A stretch of 64,000 nucleotides of DNA from an uncultured Rickettsiaceae bacterium. Lineage in GTDB: Bacteria; Pseudomonadota; Alphaproteobacteria; Rickettsiales; Rickettsiaceae. Positions 40,292 to 51,318 of this stretch are shown here, one piece after another. The notes below the pieces were generated by a model that was given only the letters and a program-made list of their open reading frames with translations, searched no databases and was not told the origin of the DNA. The position numbers and the translations under genes are program-made. The stretch spans positions 13,269 through 77,268 of the forward strand of contig CAWWAI010000001.1 of the NCBI GenBank assembly GCA_963934885.1, read 5' to 3'. The number at the start of each line of letters is the position of its first letter. Positions within the stretch are counted from its first letter, which is position 1.

Positions 40292-40745
40292 ATATAAAAA
40301 AGTAATTGCACAAAATAAACGTGCTTTATTTGAATATTTTATTGAAGAAAAAATAGAAGCTGGAATAGTATTGGCTGGTAGTGAAGTAAAATCTATTCGG
40401 GAAGGACAAGTCGCGCTTGCAGATTCGCATGCAGCGGCTGAAAATGGTGAGTTGTTTTTGTATAATTGTCATATTGCCGAGTATGAAAAGGCTAACCGTT
40501 TTAATCACACGACTAGGCGTCCTCGGAAATTATTACTTCACAAGAAAGAGTTGCAGAAAATATTTGGAAAAATCAAATTGAAAGGGTACACTTTAATGGC
40601 ACTTTCCATGTATTTTAATAAAAATAATATGATTAAAGTAGAGCTTGGTTTGTCTAAAGGCAAAAAGCAACATGATAAAAGACAGACCATGAAAGAAAAT
40701 GATTGGAAGCGGGAACAAGATCGTTTAATGAGAGATAAAGGCTAA
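40284..40745 (+). CDS. smpB: SsrA-binding protein
   Basis: NKRALFEY, GSEVKSIR, RKLLLHK and GKKQHDKR motifs. Confidence 0.97.
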   Translation: MSEYKKVIAQNKRALFEYFIEEKIEAGIVLAGSEVKSIREGQVALADSHAAAENGELFLYNCHIAEYEKANRFNHTTRRPRKLLLHKKELQKIFGKIKLKGYTLMALSMYFNKNNMIKVELGLSKGKKQHDKRQTMKENDWKREQDRLMRDKG

Positions 40746-41665
40746 TGAATATTACTCCAGATTATTTAATAGAAAGAAAAAGAAGTAAGATGCAAATCAC
40801 TAAATGGAAAATTTTTGCGTTATTGCTTATAATACTAGTCTTGATTATGGCAAGTAATAGTTGGTCATCTAGGGATTCTGCTCAAGGCACTTTTGCAAAG
40901 GGAAAGGATCATATTGCCAGTATAAGAGTTAATGATATTATTTTTGATGATACAAAGCGTGTACGAAAAATTGCTGGTATAGCAAAAAATGATTCAATAA
41001 AAGCTGTTATAGTGCATATAAATTCACAAGGAGGAAGTGTAGTTGGTTCTGAAATGTTGTATAATTCATTGCTTAAAATGTCAAAAGAAAAACCAGTTGT
41101 GGTAGTTATGGAATCAGTAGCCGCATCTGGCGGGTATATGGCTTCACTCGGTGCGGACTATATTATAGCGCATAATGGAACAATCACCGGATCTATAGGA
41201 GTAATAATGCAATCAGCAGAAATCACAGAACTTGCGGATAAGATTGGTGTAACATTTAATAATTTTAAGTCAGATACATTAAAAGCCTCTCCAAATTTAT
41301 TTGAGAAGCTAACACCCGAAGCTAAACAGGCAACTATGGATAGTATTTATGAAGTTTATGATTATTTTATAGAACTTGTAGCTATTAGAAGAAATTTGGA
41401 TCTAGACTATGTAAAAAAATTAGCTGATGGTCGTATTTATTCGGGGCGTCAAGCTCTTGATTTAAAGCTAATTGATGCAATTGGTAATGAAGATACTGCG
41501 CTAGAATGGTTACAGACAAAAAAAGGTATATCTACAAATTTAGAAGTGTTAGAAGTGCGCTTAAGTCCAAAAGATAAATTATTAGATATTTTAATAGAAG
41601 ATTTTAAAACTAGTATATCTAGTTTATTTATATCTAGTTTTAAGGGTTTAAAATCAATTATTTAA
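40745..41665 (+). CDS. sppA: Signal peptide peptidase SppA
   Basis: NSQGGS, AASGGY, TGSIGV and ADGRIYSG motifs. Confidence 0.92.
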   Translation: MNITPDYLIERKRSKMQITKWKIFALLLIILVLIMASNSWSSRDSAQGTFAKGKDHIASIRVNDIIFDDTKRVRKIAGIAKNDSIKAVIVHINSQGGSVVGSEMLYNSLLKMSKEKPVVVVMESVAASGGYMASLGADYIIAHNGTITGSIGVIMQSAEITELADKIGVTFNNFKSDTLKASPNLFEKLTPEAKQATMDSIYEVYDYFIELVAIRRNLDLDYVKKLADGRIYSGRQALDLKLIDAIGNEDTALEWLQTKKGISTNLEVLEVRLSPKDKLLDILIEDFKTSISSLFISSFKGLKSII

Positions 41666-41677
41666 ATATAAAATATC

Positions 41678-41929
41678 ATGTCTACAAAAAGAGATTTAGT
41701 TAAAAATTTATCAAAAAAATTAGATTATCTTGATCCAGAAGATATAAAACATGCTGTTAATTATATATTAAATTACCTCAAGGAAGAGCTATCTAAAGGT
41801 AATAGAGTAGAGATTCGTGGCTTTGGTAGTATGTCTATTCGTAAAAGAAAATATGCCTCTAGAGATGAATATTATAATATAGTCTATTATCGTATGTCTA
41901 AAAATGTACGATTTATTTTAAATACATAG
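41678..41929 (+). CDS. Integration host factor beta / HU-family protein
   Basis: RVEIRGFGS motif and helix-turn-helix N-terminus; follows sppA. Confidence 0.8.
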   Translation: MSTKRDLVKNLSKKLDYLDPEDIKHAVNYILNYLKEELSKGNRVEIRGFGSMSIRKRKYASRDEYYNIVYYRMSKNVRFILNT

Positions 41930-41992
41930 TTATTCGTTTTATCTAAAGCAGCAGATGTTTCCATAATGAGATTTTATTTAAAGTAATTAATA

Positions 41993-42541
41993 ATGAATAT
42001 AGATAAAAATATACCAAATTACCTTACGATAATAAGGATTCTTTCTATTCCTATTATTGTAATGTCGTTTTATTTTGATGATTCTAAGTTTGCGCACAGA
42101 CTTGGTGGAATTGTGTTTGCTATGGCTAGTATAACAGATTTTTTTGATGGTTATTTGGCAAGAAAATATGATATTGTATCTAGCTTTGGTCAGATGTTTG
42201 ATCCAATTGCTGATAAAGTACTTGTTGGCTGCGTTCTTGTTATGCTTGTTAAAGCAGGGAGCGCAGATGAAATTCCTTGCTTATTAATATTAGCACGTGA
42301 GTTTTTTGTGGCGGGTCTTCGAGAATTTTTAGCTCAGGTGCGAGTAAGCGTGCCCGTGACAAGGCTTGCAAAACTAAAAACAGCCATTCAAATGATTGCA
42401 ATAACAATGTTAATATTAGGTTCAGTTGGATCTGGTATTGATTCTCTTGATCTCATAGGTCAAATATTTTTGTGGATTGCAGCTATACTTACATTAGTCA
42501 CTGGATATTCTTATCTAAAAGCTAGTAGTAAATACTTTTAA
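41993..42541 (+). CDS. pgsA: CDP-diacylglycerol--glycerol-3-phosphate 3-phosphatidyltransferase
   Basis: PNYLTIIR and [10 protein letters not shown]....[11 protein letters not shown] motifs. Confidence 0.96.
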   Translation: MNIDKNIPNYLTIIRILSIPIIVMSFYFDDSKFAHRLGGIVFAMASITDFFDGYLARKYDIVSSFGQMFDPIADKVLVGCVLVMLVKAGSADEIPCLLILAREFFVAGLREFLAQVRVSVPVTRLAKLKTAIQMIAITMLILGSVGSGIDSLDLIGQIFLWIAAILTLVTGYSYLKASSKYF

Positions 42542-42665
42542 TACCATTAAAATGGATAATTACACAATATTAGCTGGTGATGTATTTGTAGAATAAGTAT
42601 TAAACATTTTTAATAAAAACCCCCTAATTCTATTCATATTACAATAACCCATTGCTACGTAAATG

Positions 42666-42690
42666 GAGTGCCGCGCTAAAGGCTATTGCG
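42666..42690. repeat. Degenerate Rickettsia-palindromic-element-like remnant
   Basis: GAGTGCCGCGCTAA matches GATTGCCGCGCTAA (reverse complement of the 55178-55206 element) at 13/14; lies between convergent genes. Confidence 0.4.
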
Positions 42691-42706
42691 CATTTTAATT
42701 ACTTAT

Positions 42707-43741
42707 TTAATTACTTAAAGGTACTTTATAATACTGCCCAACTTCTAGTATTTTTATTTTTGTATTAATTGCTTGACGTTGCATAGCATCTTTTAAAGAA
42801 ATCAATGCTTCACCTCGACCTTCGTCGGTAAGTTTGAAAACGTCATAATGTGATGGTATTGTATAAGGTTCTCCTAGGTCTTTATGAGCTTTTAGCATAT
42901 CATCTGGATTCATGTGAGCATATTTCATAAACCAGCGTGGTTCATAAGCCCCCATCGGGAGCATTGCAACACGAAACTGTTTAAATTTTTCTTTATCACG
43001 CTTAAAATATCGACCATTACCATAGCCAGAATCACCGATAAAATATATATTTCCAGCTGTTGTTTCGATAGTAAGAGCAGCCCAAAGAGCTTTGTTACGA
43101 TCGAATATACCACGAGCTGACCAATGCTGCATTGGAGTTAAATGGAATTTCATATTATCAGATATTTTAACTTCATCACCCCAATCATAGCTTTCTACTT
43201 GGATTTTTTTATCGTATGAGTTAATTATGGTATCGTTACCAAGCGGAGTAATAATGCGTGGTTTATGCTTGGCCCATAAATTTTTTATAGTGGTAATATC
43301 TAAATGATCATAATGATTATGGCTAATCCAAACTATATCAATAGGCGGTAGATTATCAAACTTAATTCCAGGTTTTATAACTCTTTTTGGACCAGCAAAT
43401 GACACAGGACTTGCACGCTCTGACCAGACTGGATCTGTTAAAATATTTAATCCTTGTGTTTGTATTAAAAAAGTAACATGTCCTACATTGGAAATTCTTA
43501 TTTCATCGCCAAATACTCGTTTAGGTGGGAGATCATATTTTATTACCTCTACGGAATCTGGCCATTTAGTAGATTTTTTAGTAATTTGCCATTTTAAAAA
43601 ATCCCAAAAATTATTTGTATTTTTGATTTCTGGATCAAAAAATCTATTTCCATTAAAGTGATTTGACATATTTCCATTATGATAATTTGTACAAGAAAAA
43701 ATAGAAATTATAGTAAATATTATTGCTAGCAATTGCTTCAT
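42707..43741 (-). CDS. MBL-fold metallo-hydrolase (NAPE-PLD/RomA-like), probable lipoprotein
   Basis: LTDPVWSER, SHNHYDHLD, HWSARG and GAYEPRWFM..AHMNP motifs; lipobox IFSC. Confidence 0.85.
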   Translation of the reverse strand: MKQLLAIIFTIISIFSCTNYHNGNMSNHFNGNRFFDPEIKNTNNFWDFLKWQITKKSTKWPDSVEVIKYDLPPKRVFGDEIRISNVGHVTFLIQTQGLNILTDPVWSERASPVSFAGPKRVIKPGIKFDNLPPIDIVWISHNHYDHLDITTIKNLWAKHKPRIITPLGNDTIINSYDKKIQVESYDWGDEVKISDNMKFHLTPMQHWSARGIFDRNKALWAALTIETTAGNIYFIGDSGYGNGRYFKRDKEKFKQFRVAMLPMGAYEPRWFMKYAHMNPDDMLKAHKDLGEPYTIPSHYDVFKLTDEGRGEALISLKDAMQRQAINTKIKILEVGQYYKVPLSN

Positions 43742-43749
43742 AATAGTTA

Positions 43750-44505
43750 TTATTTAATTTTTCTCCAAGTACGTTTTTTAGCTATAAAGAATAATATAGT
43801 AAATATAGATAAGAATATCATAACCTTTAAGCCCATGGATTTGCGATGTTCCATCTCTGGTTCCGCTGCCCATTGTAGAAAAATAGTAACGTCTCTTGCC
43901 ATTTGTTCAAGAGTAGCTGCTGTGCCATCAGTAAATTCGACTTGTCCTTCTGCAAGTGGCGCAGGCATAGCTATTTGTCTACCTTCAAAATAGGGGTTGT
44001 AGTAAAGTCCTGGCATTATAGCGATATCTTTTGGTGCCTCTATATATCCTGTTAGGATTGAAAATAGGTAGTTTGCACCATCTTCACGAGCTTTTACTAT
44101 TAAAGATAAATCTACAGGATAGGCTCCGTTATTAGAAGCGCGTCCTGCTTGTTCGTTTTTATAAGGTGGTACAAATATGTCAGAAGGTAGAGCAGGGCGT
44201 TCATACATCTCACCTAAATCATCAGGTCCATCAATAACGGTTTTTTCTTTAGCTATTGCTTTAATTTCAGCTTCGCTAAAGCCTATTTCTTGTAAGTTAC
44301 GATAGTATAAATGCTGTAAGCCATGGCATGCAGAGCAAACTTCTAAATAAACTTGCGCCCCTCTTTGCGCGGCTTGGCGGTCAAAGGTGCCAAACATACC
44401 TTCGAATGGCCACCATATTTGCTTAGGCTCTTTCTTGTCTGATGATGCGTAGACCGTTGTTGCCAGAAAAACAACTAATATAGTAGTTAGAATTTTATTA
44501 TACAT
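43750..44505 (-). CDS. petC: Cytochrome c1
   Basis: CSACH haem motif, YNPYFEG..IAM motif and C-terminal TM. Confidence 0.96.
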   Translation of the reverse strand: MYNKILTTILVVFLATTVYASSDKKEPKQIWWPFEGMFGTFDRQAAQRGAQVYLEVCSACHGLQHLYYRNLQEIGFSEAEIKAIAKEKTVIDGPDDLGEMYERPALPSDIFVPPYKNEQAGRASNNGAYPVDLSLIVKAREDGANYLFSILTGYIEAPKDIAIMPGLYYNPYFEGRQIAMPAPLAEGQVEFTDGTAATLEQMARDVTIFLQWAAEPEMEHRKSMGLKVMIFLSIFTILFFIAKKRTWRKIK

Positions 44506-44517
44506 AATTATTATTTA

Positions 44518-45753
44518 TTAGATTATATCATCTTCATGCATTTTATTGTCTTCTTCATTGTGTGGAAGAGGTAATGGTTTTTCGAATTTTGCTATAAAGG
44601 GCAATAATATCAAGAAATGAAAGAAATAATAAGCTGCTGCAAGTCGACTAACAGTTAGATACGGTTCTTCAGCTGGTTTTCCTCCTACATATCCAAGTAT
44701 TAGGCAATCAATAACAAATATCCAAAAGGCCACTTTATACATTGGTCTAAAAGTAGCACTTCTTACTTTTGAACGATCAATCCATGGTAAGAAGAATAAA
44801 ATGATTATACTACCAAACATTAATAGTACTCCGCCAAGTTTAGACGGTACAGCGCGCAATATTGCATAGAATGGTAGGAAGTACCATTCAGGCACAATAT
44901 GCGTTGGTGTTACCATGGGGTTTGCTGGTATATAGTTATCTGGATGCCCTAATAAATTAGGTTTGTAGAAGATAAAATAGGCAAAAATCAAGAAGTAAAC
45001 TCCAAATCCTAAAAAATCTTTAATAGTATAATATGGATGAAAAGATATCATATCTTCTTTTTTTAGTTTTACTCCAGTTGGATTATTTGAACCATGAACA
45101 TGTAATGCCCATATATGTATTACTACTAAGCCTACAATCACAAATGGTAGTAAATAATGTAGAGAGAAGAAACGATTTAGCGTTGGGTTGTCAACAGAAA
45201 AACCTCCCCAAAGCCAAGTAACAATACTTTCCCCAACTATAGGAATAGCAGAAAATAAATTAGTGATAACTGTAGCTCCCCAATAACTCATTTGCCCCCA
45301 AGGTAGCACGTACCCCATGAAAGCAGTAGCCATCATTGTCAAAAATATAATTAGACCAAAATGCCACAATAATTCACGCGGAGCCTTGTATGAACCATAA
45401 TAAAGTCCACGAAACATGTGTAGATATACAGCTACAAAGAACATTGAAGCACCAACTGCATGCATATAGCGAATCATCCAGCCATAATTAACATTGCGCA
45501 TGATTTTTTCAACACTGTCAAAAGCATGATCAACATGTGGGGTGTAGTGCAAGGAAAGAACAATACCAGTAACTATTTGAATCACTAAAGCAATACCAGC
45601 TATAGAGCCAAGACTCCACCAGTAGCTTAGATTTTTAGGTGTTTTATATTCACCAAGATGACGTATTGCAGTAAAAATAGGAAGTCTATAATCAATCCAT
45701 GCTACAATGCCGCTTTGCTTTGACTTTTTATTTTCGGAGTATTCTTTATTCAT
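44518..45753 (-). CDS. petB: Cytochrome b
   Basis: [14 protein letters not shown] and PEWYFLP motifs. Confidence 0.98.
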   Translation of the reverse strand: MNKEYSENKKSKQSGIVAWIDYRLPIFTAIRHLGEYKTPKNLSYWWSLGSIAGIALVIQIVTGIVLSLHYTPHVDHAFDSVEKIMRNVNYGWMIRYMHAVGASMFFVAVYLHMFRGLYYGSYKAPRELLWHFGLIIFLTMMATAFMGYVLPWGQMSYWGATVITNLFSAIPIVGESIVTWLWGGFSVDNPTLNRFFSLHYLLPFVIVGLVVIHIWALHVHGSNNPTGVKLKKEDMISFHPYYTIKDFLGFGVYFLIFAYFIFYKPNLLGHPDNYIPANPMVTPTHIVPEWYFLPFYAILRAVPSKLGGVLLMFGSIIILFFLPWIDRSKVRSATFRPMYKVAFWIFVIDCLILGYVGGKPAEEPYLTVSRLAAAYYFFHFLILLPFIAKFEKPLPLPHNEEDNKMHEDDII

Positions 45754-45755
45754 GA

Positions 45756-46286
45756 TTAGCCAATTCTAATTTTTATATCTGAAAGGAATGAATATGGTGG
45801 TACTGCTAAATTTAATGGAGCTGGACCACGTCTAATTCTAGCAGAACTATCGTAATGAGAGCCATGGCATGGACAAAACCAGCCATCATAATCACCTTTA
45901 TTTGATATTGGTACACACCCTAAATGCGTGCATATTCCTATTGTTACTAGCCATTGTTTATGGCCTTCTTTTACTCTGGCAGAATCAGATTCTGGGTCTT
46001 TTAATTCACTCATAGGGACTGCCTCTGCTTCCCTTATCTCTGCTTCAGTTCTATGCGTAATAAAAACTGGTTTACCACGCCATTTTACGGTCATGGTACG
46101 ACCTGGTTCAATATTAGAAATATCAACATCTATTGAAGATAAAGCCAAAACATCCGCAGAAGGATTTAAAGAATCTACTAGTGGCCAAGCAGCACATGCA
46201 GCGCCAACGGCAGTCATACTAATGGCTGCTAGTGTTACAAAATCTCTGCGTGTGGTTTTTGAGTTTTCTATATTATCGTCTGACAT
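45756..46286 (-). CDS. petA: Rieske iron-sulfur subunit
   Basis: CTHLGC and CPCHGS motifs; Tat-type RRDF. Confidence 0.97.
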   Translation of the reverse strand: MSDDNIENSKTTRRDFVTLAAISMTAVGAACAAWPLVDSLNPSADVLALSSIDVDISNIEPGRTMTVKWRGKPVFITHRTEAEIREAEAVPMSELKDPESDSARVKEGHKQWLVTIGICTHLGCVPISNKGDYDGWFCPCHGSHYDSSARIRRGPAPLNLAVPPYSFLSDIKIRIG

Positions 46287-46365
46287 GATTTTTAATTATT
46301 AGTTTATTGATCATTTTAAATATTTAAGTTGATATTATATAGCTAGATAACCCCTTGGCAATAAT

Positions 46366-46743
46366 TTATTCCGCGTAAGGATCTTTTGATTGCTGGTAAT
46401 TATTCAAATCTAATAAATTATTCAAGCCTTTTTCTAAAGTATTTTCTTCTTTTGTTTTTTCATAATTAGGAGGGTTATCTAAGCAATCCCAAAAATCACT
46501 CAAATTACCGATTTTTGGAACACAGTATCTGGCAACAGATTTAGTATCACGAAATGCTCGTGATACTACTTTTGCAGATTCCTGTAAAATGCCTGCTTCA
46601 GTTAGTCCTTGGAATACCCAATAGGTAACCACAATTGCTGTAACCATAACCATAATATACCATTTGCCCAGTATGCCATAGACAAATAAAACCATTGGAT
46701 TCTTGAGTAAAACTTTAAGTTTAGATAGAAAGAGTGCAAACAT
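46366..46743 (-). CDS. Conserved Rickettsiales hypothetical membrane protein (DUF2670-like)
   Basis: N-terminal TM helices and CVPKI..L..FWDCL; sits next to petA as in Rickettsia. Confidence 0.55.
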   Translation of the reverse strand: MFALFLSKLKVLLKNPMVLFVYGILGKWYIMVMVTAIVVTYWVFQGLTEAGILQESAKVVSRAFRDTKSVARYCVPKIGNLSDFWDCLDNPPNYEKTKEENTLEKGLNNLLDLNNYQQSKDPYAE

Positions 46744-46840
46744 GATTTTCTACATAATAAATATTAATTACAAAAAACTATTTTAACCCATTCCATTACT
46801 AGAACCAAACTTTTAATGCTCTCCTGATTTTATTTATACT

Positions 46841-47479
46841 TTATATGTTGTAAATGTTTTCAACAAGATAGCTAGATAAGTATAAAGCCGGCGGTATAAT
46901 TACCAAATCTATTCCAAGCATAATAAATAATAAATGTAGATCAGTATTATTTTGAAGGAAAAGACCAGAAAGTATAATATTTGGTATTAATAAGGGCATA
47001 ATTAGTATAGATAGAAAATTAGTATTTGATCTAAAATAACTTTGTATGCTAGATATTAATGTGATTAACGCGGCGCTTAGGAATAATAAGATAAGACCGC
47101 TTGATACCATTATTATAAAGATATTCAATTCTATATTATAGATTACATATATAATAGGCAGAGTAAGAAAAAAACTTAAACAGCAGCAAATACACAAAGA
47201 AATATATTTAGCTAGTATAATTTGCACCGCAGTAGAGGTAGTAATTAACGTTTCAAGAGACCCGTCTTCTATATCTGGCTTTATTAAACTATTAGATATG
47301 CTTATGAGAGCTAAAGGAATGCTGATAACGGCGAATATAACACCAAAAATTTGCATATTTTCGTAAGCGTTTATTAAAGTGATGCTTAGGCAACAAAATA
47401 TAAAAAATATAAATATATATTTTGTTATGTTGTAAATTTTATTTTGTACTCTAAATTCGTGAAAGATTAAATTTCTCAT
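46841..47479 (-). CDS. ccmB: Haem exporter protein B
   Basis: Multi-TM protein with D.EDGSLE and ILIMPLLIP motifs; follows ccmA. Confidence 0.85.
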   Translation of the reverse strand: MRNLIFHEFRVQNKIYNITKYIFIFFIFCCLSITLINAYENMQIFGVIFAVISIPLALISISNSLIKPDIEDGSLETLITTSTAVQIILAKYISLCICCCLSFFLTLPIIYVIYNIELNIFIIMVSSGLILLFLSAALITLISSIQSYFRSNTNFLSILIMPLLIPNIILSGLFLQNNTDLHLLFIMLGIDLVIIPPALYLSSYLVENIYNI

Positions 47480-48093
47480 AACAAGTCTCCTTCATATTCT
47501 GAGATATTTAATATCTGGGCGCTTTTTATTTCGGGAGGGTGATGACTTGTAATAAAAACGATTCCTCCATTATCTGCATGCGATATAATAAGGTTTAATA
47601 GTAGTTGTTTGTTGATGGAGTCAAGATTGGAATCTACTTCATCAAGTAACCATAATTTAGATCGACAAGCAAGTAGTCTAGCAAGAGCTACTTTTTTTTG
47701 ATTGCCAGCCGAGAGCTCATAGCATTTAGTATTTACTACATCTTGCAAAGAAAAATATACGATTGCTGCATTTACCAGCTGTTCTGAATCATATATTTTT
47801 GCCCAAAATTCTATATTTTCTAATACAGTAAGTTCAAGTTTGATGCCAAAACGATGCCCTATATATGTACAATAAGGTTTATTTAATTGAGTAATGGGTA
47901 AAGAATTTTTGCTAAAAGTGATTTTTCCTGTACTAGGAAGTTGTATACCCGCTAGCATGCGCAAGAAAGATGTTTTACCTGAGCCGTTCTTTCCTTGAAT
48001 ATAAACTATTGATGATGGCAAAATAGTCATAGAAATATTTTGATAAAATGTTTTGTTTTTTAAGATAAAACTTAATGAATGTAAAGAGAGCAT
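47476..48093 (-). CDS. ccmA: Haem ABC exporter ATPase CcmA
   Basis: GKNGSGKT, LSAGNQKK, WLLDE and TSH motifs. Confidence 0.92.
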   Translation of the reverse strand: MLSLHSLSFILKNKTFYQNISMTILPSSIVYIQGKNGSGKTSFLRMLAGIQLPSTGKITFSKNSLPITQLNKPYCTYIGHRFGIKLELTVLENIEFWAKIYDSEQLVNAAIVYFSLQDVVNTKCYELSAGNQKKVALARLLACRSKLWLLDEVDSNLDSINKQLLLNLIISHADNGGIVFITSHHPPEIKSAQILNISEYEGDLL

Positions 48094-48239
48094 GTTTTAA
48101 AACTACTAATAACTAAAATGATACATTAAAAACAGTGAAAATAACTTGTTCTTACGTGATAGTTTTACTACCATTAGAAGAGAAAAATGCCAAGGGTATA
48201 ATCAATGATTGGCAGTAAATTTTATTTTAGGAGTTTTTT

Positions 48240-50927
48240 ATGTCTATAGAATCAGAATCAAAATATGCTAAACACATTGAACTTGATGGTCAAGAATACA
48301 CCATATTTGATATTAAAAAAGCCGCATTAGATTGTGATTTTGATTTAGAAAAATTGCCATATAGCCTGAGAGTCTTGTTTGAAAATGTGGTGCGTAATGG
48401 ACGTGGCAATAAAAAGCAGCTAAATTCATTTAAAGAATGGTTAAAAAACAAAACATCTGAGGACGAAATTAACTACATGCCAGCTCGTGTTTTAATGCAA
48501 GATTTTACAGGTGTTCCAGCTATTGTTGATCTAGCTTCCATGCGTGATGCAATGAAAGTTCTTGGTGATAGTCCGCATAAAATTAATCCAATGATTCCGG
48601 TGGATTTAGTTATTGACCACTCAGTGCAGGTGGACTCATTTGGTTCATCTGTGGCTTTTAAAAATAATGTCCAAAAAGAAATAGAGCGTAATAAAGAACG
48701 TTATCAGTTTTTGAAATGGGGACAAAAAAGCTTCCGTAACTTTAGAGTTGTACCTCCGGGCACGGGCATTTGTCACCAAGTTAATCTAGAGTGCTTAGCA
48801 CAGACTATATATGTAAATGAAGATGCAGAGCGTAAAACTATTTATCCAGATACTTTAGTTGGTACTGATAGCCACACAACTATGGTTAATGCTCTAGCGG
48901 TATTAGGGTGGGGCGTTGGAGGTATCGAAGCAGAAGCTGCTATGCTTGGACAGCCTTTACCCATGATTCTTCCTGAGGTAATAGGTTTTAAAATGACAGG
49001 ATCTTTAGGTGATACAATAACAGCTACTGATCTGGTGTTAACTGTTACTCAAATCTTACGCCAAAAAGGGGTGGTTGGTAAATTTGTTGAATTTTTTGGT
49101 CCTGGAGTAGAAAGTCTTTCTTTGGCTGATAGGGCAACTATATCAAATATGGCGCCTGAATATGGAGCTACATGCGGATTCTTTCCCATTGATTGTGAAA
49201 CTTTAAAATATTTAAGATTCACTGGTAGAGATGAACACAAAGTTAAAGTAGTTGAAGAATATGCCAAGATGCAAAGTATGTGGAGAAATACTAATATTCC
49301 TGAATATACAGATATAATAGAACTAGATATGGCTATTATTGAACCTTCATTAGCTGGACCTAAACGTCCGCAGGATCGTGTTGCATTATCTGATATGCAG
49401 AGTGCATTTAAAGAATCTTTACCCATTCTGGCAAGTGCAGGAGCTAATATTACTGAAAAACATTTAATTAGTGATAAGGAGCAAAGCAATTCTTTTGCTA
49501 TTGGTCATGGTGACATAGTAATTGCTGCAATTACTAGCTGTACTAATACTTCTAATCCGTCAGTAATGATTGCGGCTGGAATAGTTGCAGAAAAAGCTGT
49601 TAAGCTAGGTCTCAAGACAAAGCCATGGGTTAAAACTTCATTAGCACCTGGGTCAAAAGTTGTTACAGAATACCTGAATGCTAGTGGTTTAGATGTATAT
49701 CTTGATAATCTTGGATTTAATTTAGTTGGTTATGGTTGTACTACATGTATTGGTAATTCTGGCCCACTTGATCCAGCTATTGATCAGTTGATTAGAGATA
49801 AGCAACTTGTTGTATCTTCAGTGTTATCTGGTAACAGAAACTTTGAAGGTAGAGTTCATCCGCACGTAAGAGCAAATTATTTAGCTTCACCACCGCTTGT
49901 TGTGGCGTATGCTTTGGCTGGCACAGTTAATATTGATTTAGATAAAGACCCAATAGCTACTAATGACGATGGCAAGAAAATTTATCTAAAGGATATCTGG
50001 CCTACGCGCGCAGAAATTAAAGAATATATGGATAGTTGTATTACTCCTCAGATGTTTGCAGAAAAATATAGAGATGTATTTGCTGGCGATGAAAATTGGA
50101 AAAATATACTAGTAACAGAAAGTGATACTTATGATTGGCAATCATCTAGTACATATATAAAGAATCCACCATATTTTGATAATATAGATAAGCCGCAAAA
50201 GTCTCTTGTCGGTATTGAGAATGCCCGCTTATTAGCATTGTTTGGTGATTCAATTACTACTGATCATATATCGCCAGCAGGAATGATAAGCAAAGATAGT
50301 CCAGCTGCAAAGTTTTTAATGTCTAAGGGGGTTTCTCCAGCTGGCTTTAATTCTTATGGTTCCAGGCGTGGTAATCATGAAGTGATGATGCGTGGTACTT
50401 TCGCTAATGTACGTATTAGAAATCAACTTTGTAAAGGAGTAGAAGGAGGTGTTACTATTAACCATTTAACCAAAAAACAAATGAGTATATATGACGCCGC
50501 TATGGATTATAAAAAACGCTCAGTGCCTTTAGTTATTTTTGCAGGTAAAGAATATGGAACAGGCTCTTCTAGAGACTGGGCAGCAAAGGGAACTAATTTA
50601 CTTGGTATAAAGGCTGTAATAGCAGAAAGCTTTGAACGTATTCATCGTTCAAATTTAGTTGGTATGGGCGTTTTACCAATAGCATTTCATTCTGGTATTA
50701 ATTGGCAAAACTTAAACTTAAACGGTGATGAACAAATCGATATTGTTGGTATAGATGACAATATAAAGCCTTACCAACCACTACAATGTATTATAAAGCA
50801 CAGTAATGGTAATAATGAAACTATTGATGTTACATTACAAGTTTTTACTGATAATGAAATAGAATATATAAAACATGGCAGTATACTCGGTACGGTAATA
50901 AAAAATCTAAGTGGCAAAAAATTATGA
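48240..50927 (+). CDS. acnA: Aconitate hydratase A
   Basis: RVLMQDFTGVP, GTDSHT, AITSCTNTSN, GCTTCIGNSG and GSSRDWAAKG motifs. Confidence 0.98.
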   Translation: MSIESESKYAKHIELDGQEYTIFDIKKAALDCDFDLEKLPYSLRVLFENVVRNGRGNKKQLNSFKEWLKNKTSEDEINYMPARVLMQDFTGVPAIVDLASMRDAMKVLGDSPHKINPMIPVDLVIDHSVQVDSFGSSVAFKNNVQKEIERNKERYQFLKWGQKSFRNFRVVPPGTGICHQVNLECLAQTIYVNEDAERKTIYPDTLVGTDSHTTMVNALAVLGWGVGGIEAEAAMLGQPLPMILPEVIGFKMTGSLGDTITATDLVLTVTQILRQKGVVGKFVEFFGPGVESLSLADRATISNMAPEYGATCGFFPIDCETLKYLRFTGRDEHKVKVVEEYAKMQSMWRNTNIPEYTDIIELDMAIIEPSLAGPKRPQDRVALSDMQSAFKESLPILASAGANITEKHLISDKEQSNSFAIGHGDIVIAAITSCTNTSNPSVMIAAGIVAEKAVKLGLKTKPWVKTSLAPGSKVVTEYLNASGLDVYLDNLGFNLVGYGCTTCIGNSGPLDPAIDQLIRDKQLVVSSVLSGNRNFEGRVHPHVRANYLASPPLVVAYALAGTVNIDLDKDPIATNDDGKKIYLKDIWPTRAEIKEYMDSCITPQMFAEKYRDVFAGDENWKNILVTESDTYDWQSSSTYIKNPPYFDNIDKPQKSLVGIENARLLALFGDSITTDHISPAGMISKDSPAAKFLMSKGVSPAGFNSYGSRRGNHEVMMRGTFANVRIRNQLCKGVEGGVTINHLTKKQMSIYDAAMDYKKRSVPLVIFAGKEYGTGSSRDWAAKGTNLLGIKAVIAESFERIHRSNLVGMGVLPIAFHSGINWQNLNLNGDEQIDIVGIDDNIKPYQPLQCIIKHSNGNNETIDVTLQVFTDNEIEYIKHGSILGTVIKNLSGKKL

Positions 50928-51280
50928 GTGATGACGTAAAAGAGTATTTAGATCCAGGGAAGAAAAACCTAATTTTAATATATATACTTTATTTATGTGG
51001 ACTAATAATACCCGTATTGCCAATTGTTGGAGCTGTATTTGCATTTGCAAATCAAGGGCAGCAGAATAAATTTTTGCAAAGTCACTATATTTTTGTATTT
51101 AGAACCTTTTATATAGGTTTAGCTGCTGCGTTTGTTGCGATGATTGCGACTTTCATTTTTATAGGGCCCATTTTATACATATTAATATTTGTTTGGCTTG
51201 TTGTACGCAGCATTATAGCTATAAAGTATTTATTAGAAGAAAATCCTCATCCAAATCCATTGACTTTTTGGATAAAATGA
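50924..51280 (+). CDS. Small membrane protein (DUF4870-like)
   Basis: Three hydrophobic helices; SHY.F..RTF and P.PNP.T.W motifs. Confidence 0.6.
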   Translation: MSDDVKEYLDPGKKNLILIYILYLCGLIIPVLPIVGAVFAFANQGQQNKFLQSHYIFVFRTFYIGLAAAFVAMIATFIFIGPILYILIFVWLVVRSIIAIKYLLEENPHPNPLTFWIK

Positions 51281-51318
51281 GTTATTAATAACCAAATATT
51301 TTTTTAACTAAAATTATT

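Noticed and set aside
49049-49489. Long antisense ORFs such as 49049-49489, 60885-61427 and 36956-37309
   Set aside because: They lie opposite well-conserved genes and reflect codon-pattern shadows.
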